Origin: Candidatus Scatosoma sp. | GTDB lineage: Bacteria > Bacillota > Clostridia > Christensenellales > Borkfalkiaceae | Direction: 5' to 3' | DNA length: 53,239 nt | NCBI GenBank assembly: GCA_045656625.1 | Contig: JAZORL010000185.1 | Location: 1-53,239, forward strand | In this document: in pieces, positions 47,125-53,239 of the stretch | How the letters are laid out: the number at the start of each line of letters is the position of its first letter | Position numbering within the stretch: position 1 is the stretch's first letter | Position numbers and translations under genes: made by a program | The notes under the pieces: generated by a model | The model's database searches: none | The model's input: only the letters and a program-made list of their open reading frames with translations | What the model was told of the DNA's origin: nothing

Positions 47125-47295
47125 TTAATAACTACTTGTCCACTCCCCATCGGGATCGTCAGGATTGCTGGGGCGATTGCTGTTAGGGGGTTCTTTAATC
47201 GTTTCCGTCACGCAATCCGAACACCCAGCAAATGCAAATGCGACGACAAAAGTCAACGCCATGCAAAGGGATAAAAGTGCTCTTTTCAATTTCAT
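47125..47295 (-). CDS. 56-aa secreted/lipoprotein-like small peptide (candidate precursor)
   Basis: AAGGAG lies 6 nt upstream of ATG 47295. The sequence is MKLKR + hydrophobic core + lipobox-like FAGC, followed by a 32-aa Pro/Asn/Asp-rich tail ending TSSY. The longer track ORF (to 47346) would overlap purB. Confidence 0.6.
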   Translation of the reverse strand: MKLKRALLSLCMALTFVVAFAFAGCSDCVTETIKEPPNSNRPSNPDDPDGEWTSSY

Positions 47296-47305
47296 ATCTA
47301 ACTCC

Positions 47306-48751
47306 TTACACGCGTACGTCGCCCTTTTCACCAAGGAGCGTAGCATGCTTTTCTAAAATGGGATCGATTTCATTGGCGATAAATTCAACCGTTTGCGAGG
47401 GAGCTCTACCGATAAATTTACTTGCATCCAAAATTTCGTCAATCTTATCCCAAACGGGGCGGAACATTTCGTCCGCTTTGATTAAATCGATCAAATTATT
47501 GTCTTTTCCTTCCACTTTCACGTTTTTACCTGCTTCCATGGAAAGCTGACGGATTCTTTCGTGGAGTTCCTGTCTATCTCCACCTGCTTTTACACAACCC
47601 ATCATAATATTTTCCGTTGCCATAAACGGTAATTCCGCACGAATATGTTTCGCAATAACCTTTTCATAGACAACAAGGTTTTCCGCAACGTTCATATAAA
47701 TATTCAAAATTGCGTCTACCGACAAGAAGGCTTGTGCGTTTACGATACGGCGGTTTGCGGAATCGTCTAACGTTCTTTCAAACCATTGCGTTGATGCAGT
47801 CAACGCACTATTCATCGGCAAGGAAATTACGTATCTTGCCAATGCGCCGATACGCTCCGAACGCATAGGATTGCGCTTGTATGCCATCGCCGACGACCCG
47901 ATTTGGTTCTTTTCAAACGGTTCTTCGATTTCCTTCATATTTTGTAAAATACGGATATCATTCGAGAACTTATACGCACTTTGCGCGATTTGCGAAAGTA
48001 CGCAAAGGATATTATAATCGAGTTTGCGGGGATACGTTTGACCCGTCACGCCGTATACTTTATCATAACCAAGCTTGGAAACAACTTTTTGTTCAAGGGC
48101 TTTAATCTTTTCTTCGTCACCGTTGAAAAGCTCCATAAAGCTTGCTTGCGTACCCGTCGTACCCTTTACCCCGCGAAGCTTGATGTTTTCCTTCGCATTC
48201 ATAAGGTTTACGTAGTCCATTTCTAAATCTTGCAACCAAAGAGTTGCACGTTTGCCAACCGTCGTGAGTTGCGCAGGCTGTAAATGGGTAAAGCCAAGCG
48301 TAGGCACGTCTTTATATTTAAGGGCAAATTTTTTCAGCTTGTCCATAACGTTGACGAGCTTTTTCAAAATAATATCAAGCGCTTCGTCAAGCATAATTGC
48401 TTCGGCGTTGCAGTTTACAAAGCAACTGGTAGCCCCAAGATGAATAATGGGTTTCCCCTTTTGCGCGTACTCGCCGTATGCCTTTACGTGCGCCATAACG
48501 TCGTGACGGACTTCTCTTTCAAACTTTGCCGCCAATTCATAATCGATTTCGTCGGCGTATTTTTTCAAATCGTCTACTTGCTCTTGCGTGACGTTCAAGC
48601 CAAGCTCCATTTCCGATTCCGCAAGCGCAATCCAAAGCTTTCTCCAAAGCTTGAAACGCTTTTCATCGGAAAATGCGTGCTGCATATCTTTGCTTGCATA
48701 ACGGGTAATAAGCGGGTTAGTATAAATGCTGTTATCAATCATATTTTTCAC
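47306..48751 (-). CDS. purB: Adenylosuccinate lyase
   Basis: Fumarate-lyase signature GSSAMAYKRNP, 481 aa, and N-terminal YTNPLITRYASKDM. Confidence 0.95.
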   Translation of the reverse strand: MKNMIDNSIYTNPLITRYASKDMQHAFSDEKRFKLWRKLWIALAESEMELGLNVTQEQVDDLKKYADEIDYELAAKFEREVRHDVMAHVKAYGEYAQKGKPIIHLGATSCFVNCNAEAIMLDEALDIILKKLVNVMDKLKKFALKYKDVPTLGFTHLQPAQLTTVGKRATLWLQDLEMDYVNLMNAKENIKLRGVKGTTGTQASFMELFNGDEEKIKALEQKVVSKLGYDKVYGVTGQTYPRKLDYNILCVLSQIAQSAYKFSNDIRILQNMKEIEEPFEKNQIGSSAMAYKRNPMRSERIGALARYVISLPMNSALTASTQWFERTLDDSANRRIVNAQAFLSVDAILNIYMNVAENLVVYEKVIAKHIRAELPFMATENIMMGCVKAGGDRQELHERIRQLSMEAGKNVKVEGKDNNLIDLIKADEMFRPVWDKIDEILDASKFIGRAPSQTVEFIANEIDPILEKHATLLGEKGDVRV

Positions 48752-48757
48752 CTATCT

Positions 48758-49279
48758 TTATACTTTTTCAGGCTCGGGATATTCAACGCCGAACGTTTCT
48801 ACCGTGACGGACTTCATCTTTTGCTCTTCGTAGGGCTTATCATACCAATCGGTCTTGACCGAAGCAATTTCGTCGACCGTTTCCATGCCTTCAATCACCT
48901 TACCAAACGCCGCGTATTGACCGTCGAGATAATCTGCATCATCGTGCATTACAAAGAATTGTGAGCCTGCTGAATCGGGGTGTTGCGCTCTCGCCATTGA
49001 GAGTACGCCACGCACGTGCTCAATATCGTTTTTCGTAAAACCATTGCCTGCGAATTCCCCTTTAATACGATAGCCAGGGCCACCCGTACCACGTCCGTCG
49101 GGATCACCGCCTTGAATCATAAAGCCTGCGATTACACGGTGAAAAATAATGCCGTTATAATAACCTTTCTTTACGAGAGAGATAAAGTTATTTACAGTAT
49201 TCGGCGCTTTTTCGGGATAAAGCTCTGCCTTAAAGGTTTTTCCATTTGTCATTTCAAAAGTTATAATAGGATTGCTCAT
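48758..49279 (-). CDS. ppiB: Peptidyl-prolyl cis-trans isomerase, cyclophilin type
   Basis: FHRVIAGFMIQGGDP and SQFFV motifs. Confidence 0.92.
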   Translation of the reverse strand: MSNPIITFEMTNGKTFKAELYPEKAPNTVNNFISLVKKGYYNGIIFHRVIAGFMIQGGDPDGRGTGGPGYRIKGEFAGNGFTKNDIEHVRGVLSMARAQHPDSAGSQFFVMHDDADYLDGQYAAFGKVIEGMETVDEIASVKTDWYDKPYEEQKMKSVTVETFGVEYPEPEKV

Positions 49280-49291
49280 ATTTTTTGCTCC

Positions 49292-49747
49292 TTAATCTTC
49301 GTATTTTTCTACCGCGACATTTGCTTCCGTAAAAAGTTGCAAGGAAAAATCGTCGGGATAACCATTTTTATAAACTACGCGCGTAATACCTGCATTAATA
49401 ATCATTTTTGCGCATATTACGCAGGGTTGGTGCGTACAATATAAAGTTGCACCGTTGATGTTAATGCCGTATTTAGCGGCTTGGACAATCGCATTTTGTT
49501 CTGCGTGTACAGCAAAGCAAAGCTCGTGCTTTGTACCGCTCTCAATATTGAGTACGCGGCGTAAGCATTCCCCTTTTTCCTCGCAGCTTTTAATCCCTGC
49601 AGGAGCGCCGTTATAACCTGTTGTCATAACGCGCTTATCTTTTACGATGACTGCCCCAACGTGGCGGTTTTGCTGATAACAGCTCGACCAATTCGCCACC
49701 GTTTCCGTAAGCTCCATAAAACGTTTGTCCCATTTGCCCATCGCCAT
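49292..49747 (-). CDS. comEB: dCMP deaminase (ComEB-type cytidine/deoxycytidylate deaminase)
   Basis: Zinc motifs HAEQNAI and PCVICAKMI. 151 aa. Confidence 0.88.
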   Translation of the reverse strand: MAMGKWDKRFMELTETVANWSSCYQQNRHVGAVIVKDKRVMTTGYNGAPAGIKSCEEKGECLRRVLNIESGTKHELCFAVHAEQNAIVQAAKYGININGATLYCTHQPCVICAKMIINAGITRVVYKNGYPDDFSLQLFTEANVAVEKYED

Positions 49748-49898
49748 AAAAATTGCTCCTTATATTATAAATAATATAACAGCATAATTATAGCACGATT
49801 TTTTGTAAAAATCAATCCTTTATAAAATATTTTCGGGCGTGAACGCAACTTTTTGGAAAAAATTATAAGAAAATATTCCCTTTTTTGTTTTTTTCTGT

Positions 49899-49926
49899 TT
49901 GACAATGCGCACAAATCGTTTATAAT
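49899..49926 (+). promoter_or_regulatory. Sigma-A-type promoter of groESL
   Basis: TTGACA-16 nt-TATAAT. No CIRCE inverted repeat lies between it and the RBS. Confidence 0.6.
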
Positions 49927-49974
49927 ATATACGTATAAAATATTTATGGACAACGTCCAAATTTGGAGGATATT

Positions 49975-50262
49975 ATGAATATTAAACCCTTATTCGACAA
50001 AGTCGTTGTGGAAAGCGTGACTGTTGAAGAAAAAACCAAGAGCGGTTTTTTCCTTCCCTCTTCGGCACAAGAAAAGCCCCAAACCTGCCTTGTAGTGGCA
50101 GTTGGCCCTGGTGGCATCATTGATGGCAAAGAAATCGTTATGCAAGTAAAACCTGGCGACAAAGTGCTTTGCTCGAATTATGCAGGCTCGAATTTCAAAG
50201 TTGACGGCAAAGAATTTACAATTTTGAAACAAAGCGATATTCTTGCTATCGTAGAAGACTAA
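49975..50262 (+). CDS. groES: Co-chaperonin GroES
   Basis: MNIKPLFDKVVV start after GGAGGA. The upstream TTG 49963 is less likely. Confidence 0.95.
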   Translation: MNIKPLFDKVVVESVTVEEKTKSGFFLPSSAQEKPQTCLVVAVGPGGIIDGKEIVMQVKPGDKVLCSNYAGSNFKVDGKEFTILKQSDILAIVED

Positions 50263-50283
50263 TACTTAAATAAGGAGATATAG

Positions 50284-51912
<1,629 letters not shown>

Positions 51913-51930
51913 TTTGACAACAAAATGATA

Positions 51931-51960
51931 AAAGCGACTGCAAGATGCAGTCGCTTTTTT
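51931..51960. terminator. Bidirectional terminator (groEL / spo0A)
   Basis: gcgactgc-aagat-gcagtcgc is followed by T6 and preceded by an A-rich run. Confidence 0.8.
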
Positions 51961-51971
51961 AGTTATATTGA

Positions 51972-52733
51972 TTATCCCATATTTTCTAAAATCAATTTAT
52001 CGGCGATTAAAGCAATAAATTCGCTATTCGTAGGTTTTTCCACGCCCAAATATACACGCGTGCCAAAAATAGCGTTTATCGCGTCGATTCTACCGCGATT
52101 CCATGCTACTTCTATGGCGTGGCGGATCGCCCTCTCTACCTTGCTTGACGTAGTAGAAAATTTCTTTGCGATCGTTGGATACAATTCTTTCGTCACGCTA
52201 TTGATTATATAAGGTCGCTCCACCGTCATTTTAATTCCTTCACGTAAGTACCCATATCCTTTAATATGCGGCGGAATCCCAATCGAGATAAAGATTTCGC
52301 TGATCTTTTCTTCCGTTGTCGCAGGTTTTTTTCTCGCAATCGCTATTTCTCTATTTTCACTTACCTTATTTCGCATAAGTTCACGAATACGTTCAAGCGC
52401 AGTGGTAATCGAAAAAGGTTTTACTAAATAGTAGCAAGCTCCTTCCGAAAGCGCTCGTTCAATCAACTCGTCGTTCGCAACTCCCATTGCTACAATCTTT
52501 GCATCCGCCCACGTCTTTTTAATGGTGCGAATGACACCGCAGCCGTCCGTTCCCTTCAAAAACATACCTACCACAACTAAATCGGGTTTAAGCCTTAAAA
52601 TTTCCTTTACCCCATTGTCCCCATCATCTCCCGCATATAAAAGGTTGAAATCCTTATTTTCGGAAAACGCATCCTGCAATTGCGCTAAAACCGCGCTGTT
52701 TGATTCCAAAATAATGACCGAATTTGCACGCAT
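51972..52733 (-). CDS. spo0A: Spo0A sporulation master regulator homolog with non-canonical receiver
   Basis: Clear Spo0A C-domain (GIPPHIKGYGYLREGI, SKVERAIRHAIEVAW, KPTNSEFIALIADKL). GGAGG lies 9 nt before the ATG. The receiver has Glu10, Ser11 and Gly56 in place of Asp10, Asp11 and Asp56. Confidence 0.9.
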   Translation of the reverse strand: MRANSVIILESNSAVLAQLQDAFSENKDFNLLYAGDDGDNGVKEILRLKPDLVVVGMFLKGTDGCGVIRTIKKTWADAKIVAMGVANDELIERALSEGACYYLVKPFSITTALERIRELMRNKVSENREIAIARKKPATTEEKISEIFISIGIPPHIKGYGYLREGIKMTVERPYIINSVTKELYPTIAKKFSTTSSKVERAIRHAIEVAWNRGRIDAINAIFGTRVYLGVEKPTNSEFIALIADKLILENMG

Positions 52734-52789
52734 TATTTTTTACCTCCAATTTTGTTTTTTATTTTCGACTTTCTTTTAATCGTGCTCTC

Positions 52790-52818
52790 ATTATACTACA
52801 TATAATTTAAGATTGCAA
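52790..52818 (-). promoter_or_regulatory. Sigma-A-type promoter of spo0A
   Basis: Minus strand reads TTGCAA-17 nt-TATAAT. Confidence 0.5.
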
Positions 52819-52890
52819 GTAATATTTTACAAAAATCATAAATATTTTTCAATTAATTTAGAATATTTTACAAAATTATTAAATAATCGG

Positions 52891-52907
52891 TGTCGAAATA
52901 TGTCGAA
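52891..52907. promoter_or_regulatory. Two perfect tandem 0A boxes
   Basis: TGTCGAAataTGTCGAA has a 7-bp box, a 3-bp spacer and a 7-bp box, head to tail. It lies about 160 bp upstream of the spo0A start. Confidence 0.6.
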
Positions 52908-52912
52908 CGCAT

Positions 52913-52952
52913 AAAAAACGAGCCAAATCGCAAGATGCGTTGACTCGTTTTC
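52913..52952 (-). terminator. Terminator of the ABC-F gene
   Basis: On the minus strand aaaacgag...ctcgtttttt forms a hairpin with an inner cgca/tgcg pairing, followed by T6. Confidence 0.6.
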
Positions 52953-52969
52953 TTATATTATTAAAGGGA

Positions 52970-53239
52970 TTATGCGTGCGTTTCGTCAATATATTCGTCG
53001 TAGGTGACTTGACGGTCGTACGTCTTTTTATCGTTGATTTCGATGATGCGGTTTGCAACGGTGTTCAACAATTCTTGGTCGTGCGAGGTCAAAAGCATAC
53101 AGCCTTTATAATTGCTTAAACCATTATTTAACGCCGTAATGGATTCCAAATCAAGATGGTTCGTCGGTTCGTCAAAGATAAGGAAATTGCTTCCTTCCAA
53201 CATCATTTTTGCAAGCATACAGCGTACTTTTTCGCCACC
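52970..53239 (-). CDS. ABC-F-type ATPase, C-terminal part only (runs off right edge)
   Basis: The frame is open to nt 53239. It shows GGEKVRC (end of the LSGGE signature), LIFDEPTNHLD Walker B and a TSHD H-loop. Confidence 0.8.
   Translation of the reverse strand, partial: GGEKVRCMLAKMMLEGSNFLIFDEPTNHLDLESITALNNGLSNYKGCMLLTSHDQELLNTVANRIIEINDKKTYDRQVTYDEYIDETHA

Overview
This 53.2-kb chromosomal window comes from an endospore-forming Firmicute. Gene content is Clostridia-like, the sequence is AT-leaning, and most genes have strong GGAGG-type ribosome-binding sites. I call 56 protein genes and 1 tRNA. I found no rRNA, CRISPR array, transposase or prophage.

The left half (+ strand) is the sporulation/housekeeping block known from Bacillus and Clostridium. 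It holds an S1-domain protein, htpG, a complete spoIIIAA-AH operon, an asp23-like gene, nusB, folD, ispA, tlyA, nadK, argR, recN and spoIVB. These are followed by two DD-carboxypeptidases, lysA, an M50 protease, scpA/scpB, ytfI/ytfJ-like genes and rluB.

Next comes an AT-rich orphan membrane ORF, then lexA with a divergent small Cys-rich gene.

The minus strand carries hflX, a Xer-like tyrosine recombinase, a six-gene glycogen operon (glgB-glgC-glgD-glgA-glgP-GH13), coaE and polA. After these come a lone tRNA-Leu(CAA) and a NahK-like kinase with a divergent AraC regulator. A long minus-strand operon (dCMP deaminase-ppiB-purB) follows, then groES-groEL, spo0A and a partial ABC-F gene.

Two observations stand out.
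1. A tightly packed five-gene cassette is appended to purB: small lipobox peptide, HprK-like P-loop protein, PqqD-like protein, anchorless Ser/His S26 peptidase, ABC exporter. It looks like a peptide maturation/export (RiPP-like) module that I cannot assign to a known class.
2. The spo0A gene has an intact DNA-binding domain, but its receiver lacks the phosphoacceptor Asp56 (Gly) plus two other pocket residues. It is displaced from spoIVB and is preceded by two perfect tandem 0A boxes.

Smaller observations include unusual repeats and hairpins, candidate leaderless genes, a minimal SpoIIIAG, and groESL without CIRCE.

All family calls rest on motif recognition by eye; no searches were run.
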